Origin: Auanema rhodensis
Taxonomy: Eukaryota; Animalia; Nematoda
Assembly: GCA_964057225.1 (NCBI GenBank)
Contig: OZ059899.1
Span: 2,976,001-3,040,000, forward strand
Direction: 5' to 3'
DNA length: 64,000 nucleotides
Shown here piece by piece: positions 12,240 to 24,600 of this stretch. The notes under the pieces were generated by a model that did no database searches, was not told the DNA's origin, and saw only the letters and a program-made list of their open reading frames with translations. A program made the translations under genes and the position numbers. Within the stretch, counting starts at the first letter, position 1. Each line of letters opens with the position of its first letter.

Positions 12240-13994
12240 TTGAAAAATGATGCATTAGTGTATGTTGAGTTTCCATGTACACTCAACATTGCTTCCAAAA
12301 ACATTTTGACAAAAATTTTCTCGAAAAATTTCAAAATAATTATGCAAAAAGTAGATGTTTTTAGATTCCTTTTTTTAAGGCAAAGACGATGGACAATGTT
12401 ATTCAACGAAAAAATTAATTCTTCAGGGTGAAAATCGAAGATATAAGTGTGAACTTATATCAGTTGATATCTCGGTGCATTTTTAAGCTAGCGCAAATCT
12501 GATAACACAGATCGACGCAGCTTAAAAATCCGCATCGAATGCACTATACTATATTGAGTAACGCTTAATACAAAAATTAGTTATGATCGTTTGAAAAATG
12601 ATGCATTAGTGTATGTTGAGTTTCCATGTACACTCAACATTGCTTCCAAAAACATTTTGACAAAAATTTTTTCGAAAAATTTCAAGATAATTTAGCAAAA
12701 AGTAGATGTTTTTAGATTTCTTTTCTCAAGGCAAAGACGATGGACAATGTTATTCAACTAAAAAATTAATTCTTCAGGATGAAAATCGAGGATATAAGTG
12801 TGAACTTATATCAGTTGATATCTCGGTGCATTTTTAAGCTAGCGCAAATCTGATAACACAGATCGACGCAGCTTAAAAATCCGCATCGAATGCACTATAC
12901 TACATTGAGAAACGCTTAATACAAAAATAAGTTATGATCGTTTGAAAAATGATGCATTAGTGTATGTTGAGTTTCCATGTACACTCAACATTGCTTCCAA
13001 AAACATTTTGACAAAAATTTTCTCGAAAAATTTCGAAATAATTATGCAAAAAGTAGATGTTTTTAGATTCCTTTTTTTAAGGCAAAGACGATGGACAATG
13101 TTATTCAACGAAAAAATTAATTCTTCAGGGCGAAAATCGAGGATATAAGTGTGAACTTATATCAGTTGATATCTCGGTTCATTTTTAAGCTAGCGCAAAT
13201 CTGATAACACAGATCGACGCAGCTTAAAAATCCGCATCGAATGCACTATACTACATTGAGAAACGCTTAATACAAAAATAAGTTATGATCGTTTGAAAAA
13301 TGATGCATTAGTGTATGTTGAGTTACCATGTACACTCAACATTGCTTCCAAAAACATTTTGACAAAAATTTTTTCTAAAAATTTCAAAATAATTTAGCAA
13401 AAAGTAGATGTTTTTAGATTTCTTTTTTCAAGGCAAAGACGATGGACAATGTTATTCAACGAAAAAAATAATTCTTCAGGGTGAAAATCGAGGATATAAG
13501 TGTGAACTTATATCAGTTGATATCTCGGTGCATTTTTAAGCTAGCGCAAATCTGATAACACAGATCGACGCAGCTTAAAAATCCGCATCGAATGCACTAT
13601 ACTACATTGAGAAACGCCTGATACAAAAATTAGTTATGATCGTTTGAAAAATGATGCATTAGTGTATGTTGAGTTTCCATGTACACTCAACATTGCTTCC
13701 AAAAACATTTTGACAAAAATTTTTTCGAAAAATTTCAAAATAATTTAGCAAAAAGTAGATGTTTTTAGATTCCATTTTTCAAGGCGAAGACGATAGACAA
13801 TGTTATTCAACAAAAAAATTAATTCTTCAGGGTGAAAATCGAGGATATAAGTGTGAACTTATATCAGTTGATATCTCGGTGCATTTTTAAGCTAACGCAA
13901 ATCTGATAACACAGATCGACGCAGCTTAAAAATCCGCATCGAATGCACTATACTACATTGAGAAACGCTTGATACAAAAATTAGTTATGATCGT

Positions 13995-14236
13995 TTGAAA
14001 AATGATGCATTTTCCTTTTTTTAAGGCAAAGACGATGGACAATGTTATTCAACGAAAAAATTAATTCTTCAGGGCGAAAATCGAGGATATAAGTGTGAAC
14101 TTATATCAGTTGATATCTCGGTTCATTTTTAAGCTAGCGCAAATCTGATAACACAGATCGACGCAGCTTAAAAATCCGCATCGAATGCACTATACTACAT
14201 TGAGAAACGCTTAATACAAAAATTAGTTATGATCGT
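13995..14236 (-). repeat. 242-bp truncated monomer, copy 3
   Basis: Identical junction at 14011/14012, 1997 bp after copy 2. Confidence 0.93.
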
Positions 14237-16844
14237 TTGAAAAATGATGCATTAGTGTATGTTGAGTTTCCATGTACACTCAACATTGCTTCCAAAAACA
14301 TTTTGACAAAAATTTTCTCGAAAAATTTCAAAATAATTATGCAAAAAGTAGATGTTTTTAGATTCCTTTTTTTAAGGCAAAGACGATGGACAATGTTATT
14401 CAACGAAAAAATTAATTCTTCAGGGTGAAAATCGAAGATATAAGTGTGAACTTATATCAGTTGATATCTCGGTGCATTTTTAAGCTAGCGCAAATCTGAT
14501 AACACAGATCGACGCAGCTTAAAAATCCGCATCGAATGCACTATACTATATTGAGTAACGCTTAATACAAAAATTAGTTATGATCGTTTGAAAAATGATG
14601 CATTAGTGTATGTTGAGTTTCCATGTACACTCAACATTGCTTCCAAAAACATTTTGACAAAAATTTTTTCGAAAAATTTCAAGATAATTTAGCAAAAAGT
14701 AGATGTTTTTAGATTTCTTTTCTCAAGGCAAAGACGATGGACAATGTTATTCAACTAAAAAATTAATTCTTCAGGATGAAAATCGAGGATATAAGTGTGA
14801 ACTTATATCAGTTGATATCTCGGTGCATTTTTAAGCTAGCGCAAATCTGATAACACAGATCGACGCAGCTTAAAAATCCGCATCGAATGCACTATACTAC
14901 ATTGAGAAACGCCTGATACAAAAATTAGTTATGATCGTTTGAAAAATGATGCATTAGTGTATGTTGAGTTTCCATGTACACTCAACATTGCTTCCAAAAA
15001 CATTTTGACAAAAATTTTTTCGAAAAATTTCAAAATAATTTAGCAAAAAGTAGATGTTTTTAGATTCCATTTTTCAAGGCGAAGACGATAGACAATGTTA
15101 TTCAACAAAAAAATTAATTCTTCAGGGTGAAAATCGAGGATATAAGTGTGAACTTATATCAGTTGATATCTCGGTGCATTTTTAAGCTAACGCAAATCTG
15201 ATAACACAGATCGACGCAGCTTAAAAATCCGCATCGAATGCACTATACTTCATTGAGAAACGCTTAATACAAAAATTAGTTATGATCGTTTGAAAAATGA
15301 TGCATTAGTGTATGTTGAGTTTCCATGTACACTCAACATTGCTTCCAAAAACATTTTGACAAAAATTTTCTCGAAAAATTTCAAAATAATTATGCAAAAA
15401 GTAGATGTTTTTAGATTCCTTTTTTTAAGGCAAAGACGATGGACAATGTTATTCAACGAAAAAATTAATTCTTCAGGGTGAAAATCGAAGATATAAGTGT
15501 GAACTTATATCAGTTGATATCTCGGTGCATTTTTAAGCTAGCGCAAATCTGATAACACAGATCGACGCAGCTTAAAAATCCGCATCGAATGCACTATACT
15601 ATATTGAGTAACGCTTAATACAAAAATTAGTTATGATCGTTTGAAAAATGATGCATTAGTGTATGTTGAGTTTCCATGTACACTCAACATTGCTTCCAAA
15701 AACATTTTGACAAAAATTTTTTCGAAAAATTTCAAGATAATTTAGCAAAAAGTAGATGTTTTTAGATTTCTTTTCTCAAGGCAAAGACGATGGACAATGT
15801 TATTCAACTAAAAAATTAATTCTTCAGGATGAAAATCGAGGATATAAGTGTGAACTTATATCAGTTGATATCTCGGTGCATTTTTAAGCTAGCGCAAATC
15901 TGATAACACAGATCGACGCAGCTTAAAAATCCGCATCGAATGCACTATACTACATTGAGAAACGCTTAATACAAAAATAAGTTATGATCGTTTGAAAAAT
16001 GATGCATTAGTGTATGTTGAGTTTCCATGTACACTCAACATTGCTTCCAAAAACATTTTGACAAAAATTTTCTCGAAAAATTTCAAAATAATTATGCAAA
16101 AAGTAGATGTTTTTAGATTCCTTATTTTAAGGCAAAGACGATGGACAATGTTATTCAACGAAAAAATTAATTCTTCAGGGCGAAAATCGAGGATATAAGT
16201 GTGAACTTATATCAGTTGATATCTCGGTTCATTTTTAAGCTAGCGCAAATCTGATAACACAGATCGACGCAGCTTAAAAATCCGCATCGAATGCACTATA
16301 CTACATTGAGAAACGCTTAATACAAAAATAAGTTATGATCGTTTGAAAAATGATGCATTAGTGTATGTTGAGTTACCATGTACACTCAACATTGCTTCCA
16401 AAAACATTTTGACAAAAATTTTTTCTAAAAATTTCAAAATAATTTAGCAAAAAGTAGATGTTTTTAGATTTCTTTTTTCAAGGCAAAGACGATGGACAAT
16501 GTTATTCAACGAAAAAATTAATTCTTCAGGGTGAAAATCGAGGATATAAGTGTGAACTTATATCAGTTGATATCTCGGTGCATTTTTAAGCTAGCGCAAA
16601 TCTGATAACACAGATCGACGCAGCTTAAAAATCCGCATCGAATGCACTATACTATATTGAGAAACGCTTAATACAAAAATTAGTTATGATCGTTTGAAAA
16701 ATGATGCATTAGTGTATGTTGAGTTTCCATGTACACTCAACATTGCTTCCAAAAACATTTTGACAAAAATTTTCTCGAAAAATTTCAAAATAATTTAGCA
16801 AAAAGTAGATGTTTTTAGATTCCTTTTTTTAAGGCAAAGACGAT

Positions 16845-18078
16845 GGACAATGTTATTCAACGAAAAAACTAATTCTTCAGGGTGAAAATCGAGGATATAA
16901 GTGTGAACTTATATCAGTTGATATCTCGGTGCATTTTTAAGCTAGCGCGGACAATGTTATTCAACGAGAAAATTATTCCTTCAGGGTGAAAATCGAGGAT
17001 ATAAGTGTGAACTTATATCAGTTGATATCTCGGTGCATTTTTAAGCTAGCGCAAATCTGATAACACAGATCGACGCAGCTTAAAAATCCGCATCGAATGC
17101 ACTAAACTACATTGAGAAACGCTTGATACAAAAATTAGTTATGATCGTTTGAAAAATGATGCATTAGTGTATGTTGAGTTTCCATGTACACTCAACATTG
17201 CTTCCAAAAACATTTTGACAAAAATTTTCTCGAAAAATTTCAAAATAATTTAGCAAAAAGTAGATGTTTTTAGATTCCTTTTTTTAAGGCAAAGACGATG
17301 GACAATGTTATTCAACGAAAAAACTAATTCTTCAGGGTGAAAATCGAGGATATAAGTGTGAACTTATATCAGTTGATATCTCGGTGCATTTTTAAGCTAG
17401 CGCGGACAATGTTATTCAACGAGAAAATTATTCCTTCAGGGTGAAAATCGAGGATATAAGTGTGAACTTATATCAGTTGATATCTCGGTGCATTTTTAAG
17501 CTAGCGCAAATCTGATAACACAGATCGACGCAGCTTAAAAATCCGCATCGAATGCACTAAACTACATTGAGAAACGCTTGATACAAAAATTAGTTATGAT
17601 CGTTTGAAAAATGATGCATTAGTGTATGTTGAGTTTCCATGTACACTCAACATTGCTTCCAAAAACATTTTGACAAAAATTTTTTCGAAAAATTTCAAAA
17701 TAATTTAGCAAAAAGTAGATGTTTTTAGATTCCATTTTTCAAGGCAAAGACGATGTACAATGTTATTTTTGCTTCCAAAAACATTTTGACAAAAATTTTC
17801 TCGAAAAATTTCAAAATAATTTAGCAAAAAGTAGATGTTTTTAGATTCCTTTTTTTAAGGCAAAGACGATGGACAATGTTATTCAACGAAAAAATTAATT
17901 CTTCAGGGTGAAAATCGAGGATATAAGTGTGAACTTATATCAGTTGATATCTCGGTGCATTTTTAAGCTAGCGCGGACAATGTTATTCAACGAGAAAATT
18001 ATTCCTTCAGGGTGAAAATCGAGGATATAAGTGTGAACTTATATCAGTTGATATCTCGGTGCATTTTTAAGCTAGCGC
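16845..18078 (-). repeat. Expanded monomers (455 bp and 571 bp) carrying 104-bp and 116-bp internal duplications, left of the fold-back
   Basis: The junction GCTAGCGC|GGACAATG occurs at 16949, 17404 and 17975 (spacings 455 and 571). A second junction TGTTATT-T-TTGCTTCC at about 17768 repeats 116 bp. Confidence 0.92.
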
Positions 18079-18905
18079 AAATCTGATAACACAGATCGAC
18101 GCAGCTTAAAAATCCGCATCGAATGCACTATACTACATTGAGAAACGCTTAATACAAAAATAAGTTATGATCGTTTGAAAAATGATGCATTAGTGTATGT
18201 TGAGTTTCCATGTACACTCAACATTGCTTCCAAAAACATTTTGACAAAAATTTTCTCGAAAAATTTCAAAATAATTATGCAAAAAGTAGATGTTTTTAGA
18301 TTCCTTTTTTTAAGGCAAAGACGATGGACAATGTTATTCAATGAAAAAATTAATTCTTCAGGGCGAAAATCGAGGATATAAGTGTGAACTTATATCAGTT
18401 GATATCTCGGTTCATTTTTAAGCTAGCGCAAATCTGATAACACAGATCGACGCAGCTTAAAAATCCGCATCGAATGCACTATACTACATTGAGAAACGCT
18501 TAATACAAAAATTAGTTATGATCGTTTGAAAAATGATGCATTAGTGTATGTTGAGTTTCCATGTACACTCAACATTGCTTCCAAAAACATTTTGACAAAA
18601 ATTTTTTCGAAAAATTTCAAGATAATTTAGCAAAAAGTAGATGTTTTTAGATTTCTTTTCTCAAGGCAAAGACGATGGACAATGTTATTCAACTAAAAAA
18701 TTAATTCTTCAGGATGAAAATCGAGGATATAAGTGTGAACTTATATCAGTTGATATCTCGGTGCATTTTTAAGCTAGCGCAAATCTGATAACACAGATCG
18801 ACGCAGCTTAAAAATCCGCATCGAATGCACTATACTACATTGAGAAACGCTTAATACAAAAATAAGTTATGATCGTTTGAAAAATGATGCATTAGTGTAT
18901 GTTGA

Positions 18906-18921
18906 TTAGTGATCATTAGTG
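18906..18921. other. 16-bp filler (TTAGTGATCATTAGTG) at the inversion junction, matching adjacent sequence
   Basis: It lies between the end of the reverse monomer (GTTGA, 18905) and the restart of the forward monomer (TATTTTGAAA, 18922). It is built from copies of CATTAGTGTAT (18890-18900) and TGATC (18870-18874). Confidence 0.88.
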
Positions 18922-21670
18922 TATTTTGAAATTTTTCGAGAAAATTTTTGTCAAAATGTTTTTGGAAGCAAAAATAACATTGTACATCGTCTTTGCCTTG
19001 AAAAATGGAATCTAAAAACATCTACTTTTTGCTAAATTATTTTGAAATTTTTCGAAAAAATTTTTGTCAAAATGTTTTTGGAAGCAATGTTGAGTGTACA
19101 TGGAAACTCAACATACACTAATGCATCATTTTTCAAACGATCATAACTAATTTTTGTATCAAGCGTTTCTCAATGTAGTTTAGTGCATTCGATGCGGATT
19201 TTTAAGCTGCGTCGATCTGTGTTATCAGATTTGCGCTAGCTTAAAAATGCACCGAGATATCAACTGATATAAGTTCACACTTATATCCTCGATTTTCACC
19301 CTGAAGGAATAATTTTCTCGTTGAATAACATTGTCCGCGCTAGCTTAAAAATGCACCGAGATATCAACTGATATAAGTTCACACTTATATCCTCGATTTT
19401 CACCCTGAAGAATTAATTTTTTCGTTGAATAACATTGTCCATCGTCTTTGCCTTAAAAAAAGGAATCTAAAAACATCTACTTTTTGCTAAATTATTTTGA
19501 AATTTTTCTTTGCCTTGAAAAATGGAATCTAAAAACATCTACTTTTTGCTAAATTATTTTGAAATTTTTCGAAAAAATTTTTGTCAAAATGTTTTTGGAA
19601 GCAATGTTGAGTGTACATGGAAACTCAACATACACTAATGCATCATTTTTCAAACGATCATAACTAATTTTTGTATCAAGCGTTTCTCAATGTAGTTTAG
19701 TGCATTCGATGCGGATTTTTAAGCTGCGTCGATCTGTGTTATCAGATTTGCGCTAGCTTAAAAATGCACCGAGATATCAACTGATATAAGTTCACACTTA
19801 TATCCTCGATTTTCACCCTGAAGGAATAATTTTCTCGTTGAATAACATTGTCCGCGCTAGCTTAAAAATGCACCGAGATATCAACTGATATAAGTTCACA
19901 CTTATATCCTCGATTTTCACCCTGAAGATTTAATTTTTTCGTTGAATAACATTGTCCATCGTCTTTGCCTTAAAAAAAGGAATCTAAAAACATCTACTTT
20001 TTGCTAAATTATTTTGAAATTTTTCGAGAAAATTTTTGTCAAAATGTTTTTGGAAGCAAAAATAACATTGTACATCGTCTTTGCCTTGAAAAATGGAATC
20101 TAAAAACATCTACTTTTTGCTAAATTATTTTGAAATTTTTCGAAAAAATTTTTGTCAAAATGTTTTTGGAAGCAATGTTGAGTGTACATGGAAACTCAAC
20201 ATACACTAATGCATCATTTTTCAAACGATCATAACTAATTTTTGTATCAAGCGTTTCTCAATGTAGTTTAGTGCATTCGATGCGGATTTTTAAGCTGCGT
20301 CGATCTGTGTTATCAGATTTGCGCTAGCTTAAAAATGCACCGAGATATCAACTGATATAAGTTCACACTTATATCCTCGATTTTCACCCTGAAGGAATAA
20401 TTTTCTCGTTGAATAACATTGTCCGCGCTAGCTTGAAAATGCACCGAGATATCAACTGATATAAGTTCACACTTATATCCTCGATTTTCACCCTGAAGAA
20501 TTAATTTTTTCGTTGAATAACATTGTCCATCGTCTTTGCCTTAAAAAAAGGAATCTAAAAACATCTACTTTTTGCTAAATTATTTTGAAATTTTTCGAGA
20601 AAATTTTTGTCAAAATGTTTTTGGAAGCAAAAATAACATTGTACATCGTCTTTGCCTTGAAAAATGGAATCTAAAAACATCTACTTTTTGCTAAATTATT
20701 TTGAAATTTTTCGAAAAAATTTTTGTCAAAATGTTTTTGGAAGCAATGTTGAGTGTACATGGAAACTCAACATACACTAATGCATCATTTTTCAAACGAT
20801 CATAACTAATTTTTGTATCAAGCGTTTCTCAATGTAGTTTAGTGCATTCGATGCGGATTTTTAAGCTGCGTCGATCTGTGTTATCAGATTTGCGCTAGCT
20901 TAAAAATGCACCGAGATATCAACTGATATAAGTTCACACTTATATCCTCGATTTTCACCCTGAAGGAATAATTTTCTCGTTGAATAACATTGTCCGCGCT
21001 AGCTTAAAAATGCACCGAGATATCAACTGATATAAGTTCACACTTATATCCTCGATTTTCACCCTGAAGAATTAATTTTTTCGTTGAATAACATTGTCCA
21101 TCGTCTTTGCCTTAAAAAAAGGAATCTAAAAACATCTACTTTTTGCTAAATTATTTTGAAATTTTTCGAGAAAATTTTTGTCAAAATGTTTTTGGAAGCA
21201 AAAATAACATTGTACATCGTCTTTGCCTTGAAAAATGGAATCTAAAAACATCTACTTTTTGCTAAATTATTTTGAAATTTTTCGAAAAAATTTTTGTCAA
21301 AATGTTTTTGGAAGCAATGTTGAGTGTACATGGAAACTCAACATACACTAATGCATCATTTTTCAAACGATCATAACTAATTTTTGTATCAAGCGTTTCT
21401 CAATGTAGTTTAGTGCATTCGATGCGGATTTTTAAGCTGCGTCGATCTGTGTTATCAGATTTGCGCTAGCTTAAAAATGCACCGAGATATCAACTGATAT
21501 AAGTTCACACTTATATCCTCGATTTTCACCCTGAAGGAATAATTTTCTCGTTGAATAACATTGTCCGCGCTAGCTTAAAAATGCACCGAGATATCAACTG
21601 ATATAAGTTCACACTTATATCCTCGATTTTCACCCTGAAGAATTAATTTTTTCGTTGAATAACATTGTCC
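18922..21670 (+). repeat. Tandem sub-array of the 571-bp derived monomer (one unit reduced to 517 bp)
   Basis: The junction CATTGTCC|GCGCTAGC occurs at 19337, 19854, 20425, 20996 and 21567, with spacings 517, 571, 571, 571. Confidence 0.93.
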
Positions 21671-24600
21671 ATCGTCTTTGCCTTAAAAAAAGGAATCTAA
21701 AAACATCTACTTTTTGCTAAATTATTTTGAAATTTTTCAAGAAAATTTTTGTCAAAATGTTTTTGGAAGCAATGTTGAGTGTACATGGAAACTCAACATA
21801 CACTAATGCATCATTTTTCAAACGATCATAACTAATTTTTGTATTAAGCGTTTCTCAATATAGTATAGTGCATTCGATGCGGATTTTTAAGCTGCGTCGA
21901 TCTGTGTTATCAGATTTGCGCTAGCTTAAAAATGCACCGAGATATCAACTGATATAAGTTCACACTTATATCCTCGATTTTCACCCTGAAGAATTAATTT
22001 TTTCGTTGAATAACATTGTCCATCGTCTTTGCCTTGAAAAAAGAAATCTAAAAACATCTACTTTTTGCTAAATTATTTTGAAATTTTTAGAAAAAATTTT
22101 TGTCAAAATGTTTTTGGAAGCAATGTTGAGTGTACATGGTAACTCAACATACACTAATGCATCATTTTTCAAACGATCATAACTTATTTTTGTATTAAGC
22201 GTTTCTCAATGTAGTATAGTGCATTCGATGCGGATTTTTAAGCTGCGTCGATCTGTGTTATCAGATTTGCGCTAGCTTAAAAATGAACCGAGATATCAAC
22301 TGATATAAGTTCACACTTATATCCTCGATTTTCGCCCTGAAGAATTAATTTTTTCGTTGAATAACATTGTCCATCGTCTTTGCCTTAAAAAAAGGAATCT
22401 AAAAACATCTACTTTTTGCATAATTATTTTGAAATTTTTCGAGAAAATTTTTGTCAAAATGTTTTTGGAAGCAATGTTGAGTGTACATGGAAACTCAACA
22501 TACACTAATGCATCATTTTTCAAACGATCATAACTTATTTTTGTATTAAGCGTTTCTCAATGTAGTATAGTGCATTCGATGCGGATTATTAAGCTGCGTC
22601 GATCTGTGTTATCAGATTTGCGCTAGCTTAAAAATGCACCGAGATATCAACTGATATAAGTTCACACTTATATCCTCGATTTTCATCCTGAAGAATTAAT
22701 TTTTTAGTTGAATAACATTGTCCATCGTCTTTGCCTTGAGAAAAGAAATCTAAAAACATCTACTTTTTGCTAAATTATCTTGAAATTTTTCGAAAAAATT
22801 TTTGTCAAAATGTTTTTGGAAGCAATGTTGAGTGTACATGGAAACTCAACATACACTAATGCATCATTTTTCAAACGATCATAACTAATTTTTGTATTAA
22901 GCGTTACTCAATATAGTATAGTGCATTCGATGCGGATTTTTAAGCTGCGTCGATCTGTGTTATCAGATTTGCGCTAGCTTAAAAATGCACCGAGATATCA
23001 ACTGATATAAGTTCACACTTATATCTTCGATTTTCACCCTGAAGAATTAATTTTTTCGTTGAATAACATTGTCCATCGTCTTTGCCTTAAAAAAAGGAAT
23101 CTAAAAACATCTACTTTTTGCATAATTATTTTGAAATTTTTCGAGAAAATTTTTGTCAAAATGTTTTTGGAAGCAATGTTGAGTGTACATGGAAACTCAA
23201 CATACACTAATGCATCATTTTTCAAACGATCATAACTAATTTTTGTATTAAGCGTTTCTCAATGTAGTATAGTGCATTCGATGCGGATTTTTAAGCTGCG
23301 TCGATCTGTGTTATCAGATTTGCGCTAGCTTAAAAATGAACCGAGATATCAACTGATATAAGTTCACACTTATATCCTCGATTTTCGCCCTGAAGAATTA
23401 ATTTTTTCGTTGAATAACATTGTCCATCGTCTTTGCCTTAAAAAAAGGAATCTAAAAACATCTACTTTTTGCATAATTATTTTGAAATTTTTCGAGAAAA
23501 TTTTTGTCAAAATGTTTTTGGAAGCAATGTTGAGTGTACATGGAAACTCAACATACACTAATGCATCATTTTTCAAACGATCATAACTTATTTTTGTATT
23601 AAGCGTTTCTCAATGTAGTATAGTGCATTCGATGCGGATTTTTAAGCTGCGTCGATCTGTGTTATCAGATTTGCGCTAGCTTAAAAATGCACCGAGATAT
23701 CAACTGATATAAGTTCACACTTATATCCTCGATTTTCATCCTGAAGAATTAATTTTTTAGTTGAATAACATTGTCCATCGTCTTTGCCTTGAGAAAAGAA
23801 ATCTAAAAACATCTACTTTTTGCTAAATTATCTTGAAATTTTTCGAAAAAATTTTTGTCAAAATGTTTTTGGAAGCAATGTTGAGTGTACATGGAAACTC
23901 AACATACACTAATGCATCATTTTTCAAACGATCATAACTAATTTTTGTATTAAGCGTTTCTCAATGTAGTATAGTGCATTCGATGCGGATTTTTAAGCTG
24001 CGTCGATCTGTGTTATCAGATTTGCTCTAGCTTAAAAATGCACCGAGATATCAACTGATATAAGTTCACACTTATATCCTCGATTTTCACCCTGAAGAAT
24101 TAATTTTTTCGTTGAATAACATTGTCCATCGTCTTTGCCTTGAAAAAAGGAATCTAAAAACATCTACTTTTTGCTAAATTATTTTGAAATTTTTCGAAAA
24201 AATTTTTGTCAAAATGTTTTTGGAAGCAATGTTGAGTGTACATGGAAACTCAACATACACTAATGCATCATTTTTCAAACGATCATAACTAATTTTTGTA
24301 TTAAGCGTTTCTCAATGTAGTGTAGTGCATTCGATGCGGATTTTTAAGCTGCGTCGATCTGTGTTATCAGATTTGCGCTAGCTTAAAAATGCACCGAGAT
24401 ATCAACTGATATAAGTTCACACTTATATCCTCGATTTTCACCCTGAAGAATTAATTTTTTCGTTGAATAACATTGTCCATCGTCTTTGCCTTAAAAAAAG
24501 GAATCTAAAAACATCTACTTTTTGCATAATTATTTTGAAATTTTTCGAGAAAATTTTTGTCAAAATGTTTTTGGAAGCAATGTTGAGTGTACATGGAAAC

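Larger units (their letters stand above)
5300..12438 (-). repeat. Higher-order duplication with 3752-bp offset (10x351 + 242, an 11-mer); boundaries approximate
   Basis: Diagnostic features repeat at +3752: ORF variants 6739/10491 and 8488/12240, deletion junction 8262/12014, and the AATCAAGG variant near 7039/10791. Confidence 0.88.
2359..18905 (-). repeat. Satellite block 2, inverted orientation (about 16.5 kb, about 47 monomers)
   Basis: The sequence reads as the reverse complement of the monomer (e.g. GGACAATGTTATTCAACGA, GATCGACGCAGCTTAAAAAT) from about 2359 to ...ATTAGTGTATGTTGA at 18905. Confidence 0.97.
15251..23264. repeat. Large imperfect inverted repeat defined by monomer variants (arms about 15251-17228 and 21287-23264)
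   Basis: Mirror coordinates sum to 38515: 15290/23225, 15481/23034, 15992/22523, 16198/22317, 16949/21566. The rare variants GTTACCATG/CATGGTAAC and TTCTAAAAA/TTTTTAGAA are also mirrored. Confidence 0.88.

Noticed and set aside
2359-18905. Inverted block as a recombinase-controlled invertible switch or transposon insertion
   Set aside because: The two junctions share no recombination site, are not reciprocal and have no target-site duplication, and no recombinase is encoded.
18900-18925. Fold-back as a pure sequencing chimera
   Set aside because: This is disfavoured but not excluded. The arms differ in private SNPs and unit copy number, and the junction has a templated filler, none of which is expected from a read folding back on itself. 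Read-level confirmation is still needed.
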